A DNA stretch of 32,591 nt from Nemertoderma westbladi (GCA_032718475.1 JAUCBJ010005914.1:1-32591), one strand, 5' to 3'; counted from the first letter of the stretch, positions 10,510 to 21,220 are shown. The notes: generated by a model from the letters alone, not told the origin. Program-made: numbers and translations.

Positions 10510-10800
10510 TCTGTTAAACTTTTGACCTTCTGTAATTCTAGTCGATTAAGATATCGTGGCACCCACCGATATACTTGAAAGACAAATTCTAGAATCAGTG
10601 GTTAATGTCCCCAGACAAGTTCTGGAATAAATCGGTGCCCATCCTAAATATTAATTTAATATTTATTAAAATCTGTAAAATCCCGATCCTTTAAAATTTC
10701 TAGTCAATTAAGATATCGCAGTATTTACCGATATTCTTAGAAGGACTATTTTATAGAATTAAGGATCCTAAGTCCCCAGATATGCTCTGGAATAAAATTT
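10510..10800 (+). repeat. Two diverged ~175-bp tandem units, each forming a long hairpin plus a small CCAGA-N5-TCTGG hairpin
   Basis: TCTAGTCRATTAAGATATCG-N10-CGATAT at ~10537 and ~10699. GTCCCCAGA-N5-TCTGGAATAAA at ~10607 and ~10772. Confidence 0.7.
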
Positions 10801-11609
10801 GTGTCAATTTAACATCAAATAATAAAATTCACGGGAATAAATTTAAATTCATATTCAAATGAATTTCATAAATTGTCATTTTGTGCAATTTATAACATTC
10901 CCAAAATTCCAGTAATTAATAGATCATGGGAGCGGAGATTCATATTGAGTGTACTAGAGTGCGAGAATCTCCAATATATAGTCAATAGCCGATAAAATTA
11001 ATAAAATCATGCATAAAGAGAAGATTGACAATTAAAGAATTACTATTAAATAACATCCCAGATCTGTATACATGAGAATTGCCCTAATTCTACCGCTAGT
11101 TTTCCATAATGTCACCATGGCAACACCCACGCTAGAATTAGAAGCAAGTTAAAAGGAACAATAAAAAGCTTGCCCCATTGCGTAGCATAAGAGTATACAT
11201 AGCGCACTATTAGTATCCAAGGATACATAGTAATAACGTGACATTCTGGAAGACACTGACTAACGGACAAATGGCATGCATGTGTGCAGTAAGTAATGAT
11301 TGTATGGAATTTGTGCGTTTATAGGTGAATGTTACTACTAAAGTGTGTTTACAGTAGCTAATCGCAATTGTAAAATAGCCCTAACTCTACCGAGATAACC
11401 TCAAGTGGATTCAAGCCTTTGGGACGGACAGTGGTGGGACTTGTGCCGGTTATCGTTGTCGTGCTGTTGCTACATGTTGGCGTAAACACTGCGACAGCGG
11501 TACATCGGCGCTGAGAAACCCACTGTCCGGGGGCAAAGCCTAGTAGGCAGCGACGCCCGCTTGCCTAAATATTAACTCATATTAATATTAATAAACTCAG
11601 ATAGCAGAT

Positions 11610-13058
11610 ATGACGGAATTGATAGAAGATGACCTTGGTATTAGAGAGTGATATACTCTACCTTTACAAGCGTTTGTGGATAGCTTGATACGCGGTGAAG
11701 CCGATCCGACTATTACGGAGGACGATGGTCGTTATATCGAACCGCCGATGTCCCAAGAGCAACTTACGCGTGAATTGGACTATCGAAAATTAACCGCTCG
11801 CTATACGCATCGTAATGGTACGTATATGGACTTCTTAACTACCGGCCATCCTATCGATTTACATGATACGGACGATGTAGACACCGAAAGGGAAATGGTT
11901 CTATTTAAATATCATACCCAGCGGCGTCGTAACGATAAACCGAGAATAGATCACGAAAATTCTATTCGTAACAGACTGGGAAGACGAACCAATATGTCTA
12001 GAATCTGAGGAGATTCAGCCTATCGCGCTCGGAACAGCGACAACGATTACATCCTAGAATGGTATCAAAGTCCACAGTGTCTCACTGCGTACGATTATCG
12101 CCATGCCAACTATGTTTCTCGGCAACGTTGTCGGTTATGCGCATCGAGAGACCATGTTACGCCCATGGACACAAACGTCCGCTGTTCCTATTTCCACGAA
12201 CAACCGGCGATGGAAATTTATTGCGCGTATTGCAGATTTAATAATTTGCACATTTTTGCGGTTTGCCCTCAATTTATGACTCAATGTCACCATTGTCAAC
12301 TAAAGGGACATGCCAGTTTCGATTGCCCTTTTAATCACGATTTGGAAAGCGTAGATGAAATGATCACACTACGTTACATCAGAGCTTAGGAAGCGAACAC
12401 TGATTTATATTGTGATTCGCGCCATCGCTATTATCCCGGACGCGCTTACGAAGGAGTTTATGCGTTACATCCTTATCTATTCGCTTCGGTTGAACAGAAA
12501 TCACGCATATCAAGTTACGAGCTACTGAAGCGCGTCGGAGAATGTATTTCAACCAAATTCGTACGCAAATTTCTCAGGAGTGTTAATCCTAGCGACCTTC
12601 ATTCCTATAACTTAATCAATCATATCCGTCAGGATCCGGACTATGGAGAATTGTTTGTTAACTCACACCCTGAGTTACAGGAAGTATATCGACGGCCTTA
12701 CGAATACCGAGCCCGCGAACGCGAGTTGGAAAGAACCATTAAACCAAGGAAGTTTCTAACTGCCTATGGTCCATCCACGGCCCTCGTTCAGACCACTCGT
12801 AAAGGACCCGTAAGAGCGGCTGTCTTGAAACGAGCTCTCAAAGCCGTTAGACCCCTCTCCCCGGACGTTGATGTCAATCAACCCGGTACTTCGACCGGCG
12901 GATATACCGATCGCAATCCCATGCCTTCTGATGCAATCATATTGCACCCTTCATCCAGGAGTTATAGCCCTCCTCGTAAAGTGGCTCGCCCCAAAGAGAA
13001 AAGGACTCTTGCTAGCTTTAAAAAACTGCGTAAACGCCGTCCGCGCAAGAAAGACTAA
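11610..13058 (+). pseudogene. Second ORF of the LTR element (482 codons; three CCHC-like knuckles; basic C-terminal tail) interrupted by three in-frame stops; pseudogene or recoded gene
   Basis: The ATG at 11610 and the track ORFs at 11676, 12165 and 12651 share one frame, and the gaps translate without further stops. Stops are TGA 11649, TGA 12006 and TAG 12387. Motifs: CRLCASRDH-x9-C, CAYCRFNNLHIFAVC, CHHCQLKGHASFDC. Ends KKLRKRRPRKKD. Confidence 0.75.
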
Positions 13059-13128
13059 CTGTTTAGAGTATTTTTATATTTTAGAAACTGTGATTTTGTA
13101 TATTTTATAGACTTAAATCCCATTTTCT

Positions 13129-13136
13129 GGGAGCGG
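13129..13136 (+). promoter_or_regulatory. Short polypurine tract (GGGAGCGG) before the 3' LTR
   Basis: Purine-rich run directly abutting the TGT of the 3' LTR. Confidence 0.6.
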
Positions 13137-14320
13137 TGTAAAAGCTTTTGTGGGATAACTGATACGTTTGCCTTTGCTGGCCAGTTCCCCCCCAGTCGCT
13201 AGAATACTCTCAAAGGGATTTATAACTAAAATAGTGCAAGCTACCAGCTTATTGGCTGATGTGCTGTACGGAGATATCTGGGCTCAGTTTAATCGGCCAA
13301 CTAGCTTAGAGAGGTTGCCTTAGCCTTGCTGTTCGTGTCGGCCAATAGAATTTGCGTAGGCGTTGATTTCGACCTATCCCAGCGTTACTGAACTGAATTT
13401 CCTATCTCTATGCTCATCCTCTGTGTTGAACGGGGCTTCGTGGAATAAGGGTTTTTGGTATACTCGTATAGTGGTAGTAGTCACATGTTTCTGTTGTTGT
13501 GTTCCCATTTTTCGCCATAACACCGGCTTTTGGAACAACTCTAGCAAAAACTGCTTAGATTATAGAAAGTATAACTGTTACCGGCGGTGTTACCTCACTT
13601 AATTTAACTGCACTAATCATATTGTTTGTACTGCTATTTACCGTCAGTTATTAATTGTATCGATTTGTTGATGAAATATTGTCATTTGGAGAATATTGAT
13701 AAATCACCCAAATTTCCCAATTTCTTGATACACTACAGGTTAGAGAGACCGGCTATATATAACAATTGCGATTTATATCAATGTGGTGTGTATTGAATCT
13801 AATGTTATTTAGTAGACACTACCTGAGTCAGTTGCTGTTCTCTTTATGTGTGATCAAATATACTGACGGTCGGCAGAATAGTGTGCATGATTGTGAGTGT
13901 GATGTGACTGGTAACAAAGCATTTCCTAAAGAATGCGACTTATACTTTAATCATAAGCCTTATCGTTGCGTTTAGTATAAGTCCTAGCTCTGTTTAAATA
14001 GATAGAGCGCCACGTCCTAAAGGAACTGTTAATATTTCCCGAAAGTTAATAATATCTGTCAGAAATTACATATTAGCGATCAATCGAATAATACAGTAGG
14101 CTTACACTGCAACCTTACACTGCAATAATAAAATCTAAGCATCCGAATTCAGCCTCCCGGGTGTAGATCCATCGGGTGAATGATCGCGCATGGGCTGGCT
14201 TCGGCTAATGTTTTGTTTATTAGCATAAAATATTGTCGTATGCTAAAGGTGTGTTAATTAACTAAAAGACATATAAATTTTGGCAGGTTAAACTGCTAAA
14301 GGTCTTCAAAAGCGCGAACA
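13137..14320 (+). repeat. 3' LTR
   Basis: Near-identical copy of 3471-4654, followed by the TSD CGGGG. Confidence 0.96.
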
Positions 14321-14424
14321 CGGGGCCATAGACTGGAGCCTGTATTAAATGAAAGAACGAGTTAAGTAAACAGTTATATATAGTTAGCGAGTTAAAACTC
14401 AATTTATCGATAGGTGTAGCTGAT

Positions 14425-16437
14425 TCATTTAGATTTAATATAAAGTAAACTGTTACTACGAGTTTCGTACAGAAAGAATTCATTATACCCAACAGCCATC
14501 CCACGGAACCCGTTTACAGGCACGGCACCCAATCGGGATACTTTAGTTCCGCTTGTATCGTATTCATAAACCCCCAGATAATGATTCCCTTCTTCTTCTA
14601 GAGGAACTAAGTAATGCGATGATGGATACCGCAGTAGTTCCATCGCCCCGATAGGGATGGATTTACCGCAATCAAGAACGGATACCCTTCTATTCAATAC
14701 GAAAGTAACGTTGGGTCCGGTGCCGGTAGCCTCATAGTCACATAGGGATAACTTATGTTCGTTAGGTTGGAATAATCCGACGGTTAACAAGCCGAATAAA
14801 ATACCGGTGGAAAGGAGTTTCCCGGGTTCTTCGATACGGGATATCCATTCCTTAGAACAATCGCGTCGGTCCAGTTTAATCACGCAGTTGTTTGACGTTA
14901 GCAGATAATAACCACAGATGCCGACCATTGGTCCTATTGGTTGACCGCGGTATCTCTCTTTACCAAGACACAAATGTTTGACATCACCTCCGTCTGGGTT
15001 TATTACAAATACACACTCTTCCGTTGCGGCGATCCAGGTTTCCTCGTAGTAATTATCTAGAAACTTAATCTGTTTCTTTTCGGCGTTGCAGTCGGATTCT
15101 AGAATAATAGATTCACCACGTAAAGATAAAGAATCGTCGTCGTTGAATTCGTAAATATAAATCCTGTTAGTTAGGGAATCGGTTATCCCCAGGTTCCCAT
15201 GACAACCACCAATTGGACCGACTTTACCGATTCCCATTCTCCGACAGTCGATCCGACATGTTTCCTTTAGCGGCGGATCTCTTAATAAAATATCTTCGTA
15301 TTGGCGGAGGTCAAAACGTTTCTCAACCTCCAGTTCTTCTACTGGAACCGCCATCTTCTCTCCTCCATCGCCGCTATCTATAATATCAACGCGACCGGTA
15401 ATCCCTTCCAGGTCCTTCTGTAACTCGACCGGAACGAAACTAATTTCCGGTACCTCTACAACTTCGATCTCAGAAATCCGCTGCTCGATTTCTTTGTATT
15501 TCTTTAGAATCTTTGTGGCTTCCGCTATTTCTTTGATCAACTCGGAATTCTTTATCTTCTTATAATATTCGTTTTCTTCAGGAATTCCGATATTAGCGAG
15601 AATTTCCTGCGCTGCTGATATTTTTCCCGCCGTTTTGGTATTTAAATCTCGGACCTGCTTCATCATTGTATCTTCGGCTGCTTTTAATTCGTCGTATAAA
15701 TATTTGAAGTGTTTGCGGATGTCGTCGGTGGAAACTTTGGTGACGTCATCTAAATCCCCCAGAATTCCTTCCAACACTGTTAGTTTAGTCTCCAATCGTG
15801 TTCTCAACTTTCCCGGACCTTCTACTAAGTTTCGTCTGATTGAATTACAGACTTCGTTCGTATACCAGACCTCGTGATCTTTAGAAACACCGTCAACGGA
15901 ATGACATTGGCGACAAACAGTACACTCGCATTCCTCGCAATAATGGCGTTTGTTTAGACCGTGGGTTAGGCACAGATCGGGATCCGGTTCTTTAGATCCA
16001 CCAACAGCTCCTTGTATATCGAGATCTACGTCATTGGACCAGCCTCCCGTCGGTTCTCGAGCTGCTCCCGAATTAGGTGGATTGGCGACACAGACGTGGT
16101 AAAGTTCGCACTTTCTGCACAACTCGGTGTCGCAACGTTCGCAGGGATTCGTTCCTTTGTTTTTTCTGCACTCGTCGCATGTTTTTTCTTTTCGAATCAT
16201 ATCAATCATAGAGGTAATGATATGACTTACTGTCGGCAAAGAATCCAGTTTCTCTACCTCGGTGGGATTCCGACAACGAGGGCATTCCAACGAAAATCCA
16301 TCACCGCGTTGTTTAGAAAATTTTATGATGCATTTGTAACAGAAACAGTGGGAGCAGTTGATTAAAACTCGTGGTTGATGTAAAAGTCGTAGACATACGG
16401 AACATTCGAACTCTCGCTCTACTTGCTCCGGGTCCAT
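14425..16437 (-). CDS. Intronless TRIM/RBCC E3 ubiquitin ligase (670 aa): RING, B-box1, B-box2, coiled coil, divergent beta-rich (possibly NHL/propeller-like) C-terminus
   Basis: C3HC4 RING (CSVC..CSHCFCYKC..CPRCR), B1 (CDEC..CERCDTELCRKCELYH), B2 (CLTHGLNKRHYCEECECTVCRQC..H) and a heptad-rich region. The C-terminal fold is an inference. Confidence 0.9.
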   Translation of the reverse strand: MDPEQVEREFECSVCLRLLHQPRVLINCSHCFCYKCIIKFSKQRGDGFSLECPRCRNPTEVEKLDSLPTVSHIITSMIDMIRKEKTCDECRKNKGTNPCERCDTELCRKCELYHVCVANPPNSGAAREPTGGWSNDVDLDIQGAVGGSKEPDPDLCLTHGLNKRHYCEECECTVCRQCHSVDGVSKDHEVWYTNEVCNSIRRNLVEGPGKLRTRLETKLTVLEGILGDLDDVTKVSTDDIRKHFKYLYDELKAAEDTMMKQVRDLNTKTAGKISAAQEILANIGIPEENEYYKKIKNSELIKEIAEATKILKKYKEIEQRISEIEVVEVPEISFVPVELQKDLEGITGRVDIIDSGDGGEKMAVPVEELEVEKRFDLRQYEDILLRDPPLKETCRIDCRRMGIGKVGPIGGCHGNLGITDSLTNRIYIYEFNDDDSLSLRGESIILESDCNAEKKQIKFLDNYYEETWIAATEECVFVINPDGGDVKHLCLGKERYRGQPIGPMVGICGYYLLTSNNCVIKLDRRDCSKEWISRIEEPGKLLSTGILFGLLTVGLFQPNEHKLSLCDYEATGTGPNVTFVLNRRVSVLDCGKSIPIGAMELLRYPSSHYLVPLEEEGNHYLGVYEYDTSGTKVSRLGAVPVNGFRGMAVGYNEFFLYETRSNSLLYIKSK

Positions 16438-16545
16438 TGCTGCATTGTCTGATTGTAGTCCAGTAGTCTGGCCTGGCTGTTTGGTACCGGTAGTTGCGGT
16501 TTAGTAATAAATCGTAATACTGTTTATCCTTAATACCGGTAATAT

Positions 16546-16599
16546 TTCAAAATTCCCGCCAGTTTCTGGCAATATTTCAAATATTTCAAAATTCCCGCC
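16546..16599 (-). promoter_or_regulatory. Two CDE/CHR (E2F/DREAM-type) elements GGCGG-N4-TTTGAA upstream of the TRIM ATG
   Basis: The plus strand has TTCAAAATTCCCGCC at 16546-16560 and 16585-16599, which reads GGCGGGAATTTTGAA on the gene strand. Confidence 0.5.
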
Positions 16600-17870
16600 A
16601 GTTTCTCGTAATACGGTTTATCCTTTATACCAGTAATCATACACCATTTATTTATTTATTTTGTGCTCGTAAAAGACCTGTTGGTCGAAAATTTGCACAC
16701 AGTTTAATTTAATTAATTAATTTGTTATTAATATTATTAATTTGTCACCGCAAGTTTGGTCGTTCTTAACAATCTCTTCTTAACAATCAATACCTTTACT
16801 CTAATGTGCTAATGCAGTACAGTAATCCTCTCGTCCAGTGCGTTCAACTGAAGTCATTAATAAGCTTATTTAAAAAACATCAGAGGCCGGTTTCACTGGG
16901 TGTTTGAAAAAGGTGGACTGGACACAGAAAACATGGACAATGGACAGTCCAATAACGGGCGATTTGCGTCACACAGCATGTCCACCTTTTTCAGCTATGT
17001 TGTCCACCTTTCCTTTTTCAAATTTGAATAAGGTGAACTGGGTTGAGAAACAACAGGCAATGAATTGACCAATCAGATTGATTTCACATTATAGCAGCTC
17101 TGTCCACGTTTTTCAAAGATTTTCAGAAGGTTTTTATGGATTATTATTGTTATTATTATCCCATACTTACTGTGCCCAACCGAAGTTGTCGAAGTACAGT
17201 AGGCCTAGTTCAATAATATGGGGCGACCCACGAAGTCTGTGAGCTGAGCCTTACAGCCTACAGAACATTAACAGCCTACAGAGCTTACAGAATATTGGAA
17301 CGTCAATATTCTAACGCATTGCAGTAAAGTTAATTATAATAACTATCTATTGTACTGTGAGAGAAATATAATATGCTTTATTTACCGTTCATCCCGAGAT
17401 CTGTTATTAAACGACCGAGCGCAGCGAGGGAGGTAAATAAGTCCCCATATTTTGGGAGTGGCGGTCCGAAACCTTACTTCAAAGTGGAAATGGAGGCCCA
17501 AAACCTTAATTAAAACTGTCATGTAACCCCAACCTTAAATATTTTGGATACTAAATTCCACAAAATTTCTTAGATTAGATCATCATGACTTTAAGGTTAT
17601 AGGGTTACTAATGACAGTTTTAATTAGGGTTTGGGCCTACCAACTAACCCCAACCATAAAATTAAACCAATAAATCCAAGTTTAGTGCTGTACGGTACGC
17701 TAGATCTACTATTATTATACTGTAAGTCATCTATAGGGGGGCATTCCGCGCGGGGGGGGGGGGGGGGGGTTAAATACGCCTTGGTCACCGGCAGCATTCT
17801 TAATACAGCTGCTTCCAGCATGCCGATTATAGATCAATAATTGAAAACTGAAAAAGGTGGACAGTCCAAT

Positions 17871-19058
17871 CACAGAATCACTACGAAATAGCACTGCTTT
17901 AATACGTTTCTGATTGGTCAGACTATTATCTATATTTTATGTGCCTATGTCCAGCCCACCTTTTTCAAACATCGTATTCCCAATTATGTAATTAAGAAAG
18001 CAAAAACTTGAAAAAGGTGGACAAACCAATCGCTACAAACTTTGCTTAACCCTATTACCACTGGGGTGTTTTGACCATTAGCACCACTGGGGGGGGGGGG
18101 GGGGGGGGGGCGATTCGGCCCACCCACTATATTTTTGTAGTCGTCCAATGAAATCCTACATAATTTGGGCTGTTGGTGAAAGAACTATAGATGAACACTA
18201 CCAAACCTTAAAAAGTTAAAATTTCATAAGCAGGGACTCATAATTTTGATGAAAAATAAAAGTAGTCCCAGCACAAAATTACAAAATTTTTCGTTTTCTA
18301 AAAACTAATAGTGTGGCAGTGTTGGCTAGATTTAGTAGGTTTTTCAAGACGCTGAATCGAATGTGATTATATTCCACTTCCAAAAATTGAAGTGGATGCT
18401 ATTTTTCGTGCACCTAAGAAGTGGGCGTGGCACTTTAAATTTTGAAAAATTAGATATTCAAAAAATGCCCCTAATTTTTTTATTTCAACGCATCTTTATG
18501 GGTTTTCTGGGCCGCTGAATCGATTGAAAGTAATATAGAAGCCTGAAGACTGAGTGGTTCGCCATTTTTGGTGCACCAAAATTAGGGCGTGGCACTTATT
18601 CAAATTTTGAAAAATACGAGATTCGGAAAATAAACCAAAATTAAAATTTTAACGAATTTATATAGGTTTTCCAGACCGCTGAATCGATTGAAAGTAATAT
18701 AGAAGCCTGAAGACTTAGAAGTTAGCCATTTTTTGAAATCAAAACTTTAGTGTTTTTTCCGAATAAAGTAATTTTTAAAATTTGAAGTGCCACGCCCTAA
18801 TTTTGGTGCACCGAAAATGGCGAACCACTAAGTCTTCAGGCTTCTATATTACTTTCAATCGATACGAATACGACTACGACACAGAATCACTACGAAATAG
18901 CACTGCTTTAATACGTTTCTGATTGGTCAGACTATTATCTATATTTTATGTGCCTATGTCCAGCCCACCTTTTTCAAACATCGTATTCCCAATTATGTAA
19001 TTAAGAAAGCGAAAACTTGAAAAAGGTGGAAAAACCAATCGCTACAAACTTTGCTTAA
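17871..19058 (+). repeat. 179-bp direct duplication (17871-18049 and 18880-19058) bracketing the piggyBac-like fragment
   Basis: CACAGAATCACTACGAAATAG...CAAACTTTGCTTAA is present twice at offset 1009 and nearly identical. Confidence 0.9.
18050..18862 (+). mobile_element. One-ended piggyBac-like non-autonomous fragment
   Basis: Begins TTAA|CCCT. Contains ~165-bp subrepeats (GCTGAATCGA...GGGCGTGGCACT) at ~18351, 18514 and 18678, plus an inverted copy at ~18780-18862. No matching AGGG|TTAA end. Confidence 0.6.
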
Positions 19059-19845
19059 TACGTTTCTGATTTCTCTGTCCGTTGTCCATGTTTTTTGTGT
19101 CCAGTCCACCTATTTCAAACACCTGGTTTTACTCCCCATCCCATACAAAATCAACCCCCGGTTAAAATTAACTAATGTCTCACTCCCAGGGTGTATTTTC
19201 CCTTGTGTATTTAAACCCCCTCCGCCTCCAGTGAAAATTCACCCCTGCATTTATCAATTTTCACTCTGTGCAAATCCATGCCCGGTTAAATTATCCTAGT
19301 GTATATTCTCAGTCTCACTCCCGGTGTAGTTTCTTGTATCTTCTACTGTAACTTTACTATATACAAATCTCCAGCGTGTGTTTGTCTGTGTACTAGAGGT
19401 ATCTGTGGTCTTAACTGTACCGTAGGCTTATATTGAATTTAAATTATATTGAACTTTAAATTACCATGGGGGGTAAGAATACACTGAGGAGGGCGAGGGG
19501 GGTTAGATTTCACTAAAAAATCACCCAGTGTAGTTTCACCCCCCGGTTAAAATACCCAAGTGAATTGGAATTCTAACCGGGGGGTTAAAATACACTTGTG
19601 AATTTAAACCGGGGGGTGAATTTTTAGGGGGGTGAAAATTCTCATCTACACCCGGGTGGCATATTTACAAACCCTATAGTCTCATAGATAATTTATTTAA
19701 CATTAAGTAAGGCAGCATCAGGAGTTGAAGAGTCAATAATTGGAATCGCAGTACCAGTATGGAAGCAATGTAGTAAAATACTGCAGTTCAATTTATTTTG
19801 TAACACTATCTTTGAAAAAAGTACCAATTTAAGAATAAAATTACG

Positions 19846-19977
19846 TATTACATGGGAATAAACGTAGAACATCTTCTATTTTCAATATTCTCTCTACCCT
19901 TCATTAACTTCGCTGGAGCTCGCTAAATAAAATGTCTCGAGAACAATGAATAAAAGTTCTACTTTTCCCATGTAATA
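19846..19977. mobile_element. Short MITE-like element
   Basis: Imperfect TIRs TATTACATGGGAATAAACGTAGAAC / GTTCTACTTTTCCCATGTAATA. Confidence 0.5.
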
Positions 19978-21148
19978 AATAATTATTATGAAATTAACTA
20001 CACTTTCTGCGCATGGTTACTATTATCAACAGAATAAGACAACCATTTGAAATATTAGTAATAATGCCAACAATTAATTATTAAAACATTAGCCAACAAA
20101 TTTCGACAAATTCGGAGCGCCACCTAGAGGTCCAAAGTAATTTTTAAAATTGTCCAATAGATATAAGATATTATTGATCGTCTTTATTAATTGCTCCATA
20201 AATTAGTGGGAAGTTATTCATTCGAGTTCAATAGATAGGATAATAGTGTTTGGTTAACTCAGTATTTACCGCACTATTTCAATATATCATGTCCACCTAA
20301 CCATTTTAGCATATAAAGTGAAGGAGATAAATTATTATAGTTCTTGAATATCTATAGTGTAGTTGCCAAGATAACCTGATTCAAATTTCTGAAGGAAGGT
20401 CACTGAATTACGTCACTGAATTACCAGATAGTGAATTCATTATATGTTACATTAGTTGTAAAATAAGATATCGCGTCTGTGAGTTGAGTATCATTTTGGA
20501 TCGAGAAAACCATTGAGGTCGGTAAATTCCTACTTTATGAGATCGCCCGGGCATTTCTTCCTCTAAGATTTGGCCCGAGGATGTAAATCTCCTTAGTAGA
20601 TTATCCTCCATCCCCTTCTTACAACAGAAAACTAACTGAAATCAAACTAAGTAGTTGTACTCTTTAAAAACGAACCTGCCTTGTATTACAGTAGATAAAT
20701 AAAATAAAGAAGTTGTTTTGTTTTAAAGATAATAAAATAAAATGTAAAAATGTGTTGGCCTACTCTCAAAAAAAAATCGAGCAAAAATATTTATTGTATT
20801 TAGTAGTGTTGAAACGATACAGCGATAAACAATACTTTCACTTTACCCTTGAGTGTATAAAATTGTACAACACAAAAGTTGGTTTCGGTTATAAGCATTT
20901 TTGATTTTCTCCATTTATAACGTGGGGCGCGCTCACCCCTCTAGTTACAGTGTCGCAAGTCTCACAAGGGGAATAAAGAATACAGAGCAAGTAGTGAAGT
21001 ACGTCGTATAACGACGACAAGACGGCCAAGTACGGTAGGGTTGAGCACAGTGGCAGCATATGATGGTATTGAGATATGGGAGGCCATGAGGAGGTAAGTT
21101 GCGGACATACAGGGTATCAGATAGTATTTCTAGGTCTATCTTTGACCT

Positions 21149-21220
21149 GAGCCGCTAGCTGAATGGTTAGAGCGTCAGGCTTTCAACCCGGAGGTCACCA
21201 GTTCGATCCCACCTGGATGT
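21149..21220 (+). other. tRNA-derived sequence (SINE head or tRNA pseudogene)
   Basis: A box TAGCTGAATGGTTAGAGC, anticodon-like arm with TTC in the loop, B box AGTTCGATCCC. The acceptor stem does not pair. Confidence 0.65.

Larger units (their letters stand above)
3471..14320 (+). mobile_element. Non-autonomous BEL/Pao LTR retrotransposon, full length, very recent insertion
   Basis: TG...CA LTRs of 1184 bp at offset 9666. 5-bp TSD CGGGG at 3466-3470 and 14321-14325. An empty site with a single CGGGG lies at 29271-29275 in the duplicated segment. Encodes BEL/Pao-type Gag and protease. Confidence 0.95.
1809..14342. mobile_element. Non-autonomous foldback DNA transposon (Tc1/mariner-like ends), ~1.7 kb, right TIR split by the LTR element
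   Basis: Starts TA|CAGGCTCCAGCCTATGGCCCCGTATTTTATAT at 1809 and ends CGGGGCCATAGACTGGAGCCTG|TA at 14342. 1809-~2158 is an inverted copy (with an internal gap) of ~2850-3470 plus 14326-14342. No transposase ORF. Confidence 0.8.
16898..19124. mobile_element. Non-autonomous Mutator-like (MULE) element with ~50-bp TIRs and 9-bp TSD, containing nested insertions
   Basis: Ends are GGGTGTTTGAAAAAGGTGGACTGGACACA... and ...TGTGTCCAGTCCACCTATTTCAAACACCT. TSD GGTTTCACT (16889-16897) / GGTTTTACT (19125-19133). Empty site GGTTTCACT-CCCCATC at 31597-31612. Confidence 0.85.

Noticed and set aside
15635-16365. Plus-strand ORFs over the TRIM copies (also 30158-31326) and over gag (24154-24816)
   Set aside because: Antisense shadows of the real coding strands.
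14343-16897. TRIM gene as cargo inside the foldback transposon
   Set aside because: The TIR orientation places the gene outside the element (CCTG|TA faces the gene), and no partner TIR lies beyond it.
19141-19655. Repeat with CCCCCGGTTAAAAT / AACCGGGGGG inverted motifs
   Set aside because: Probably a MITE relic, but the ends and TSD could not be defined.
20986-21099. Possible plus-strand exon ending in GAG|GTAAGT
   Set aside because: Short, no recognisable protein similarity and no partner exons identified.
21149-21220. Functional tRNA-Glu(TTC) gene
   Set aside because: The acceptor stem does not pair and the anticodon and T stems have mismatches.
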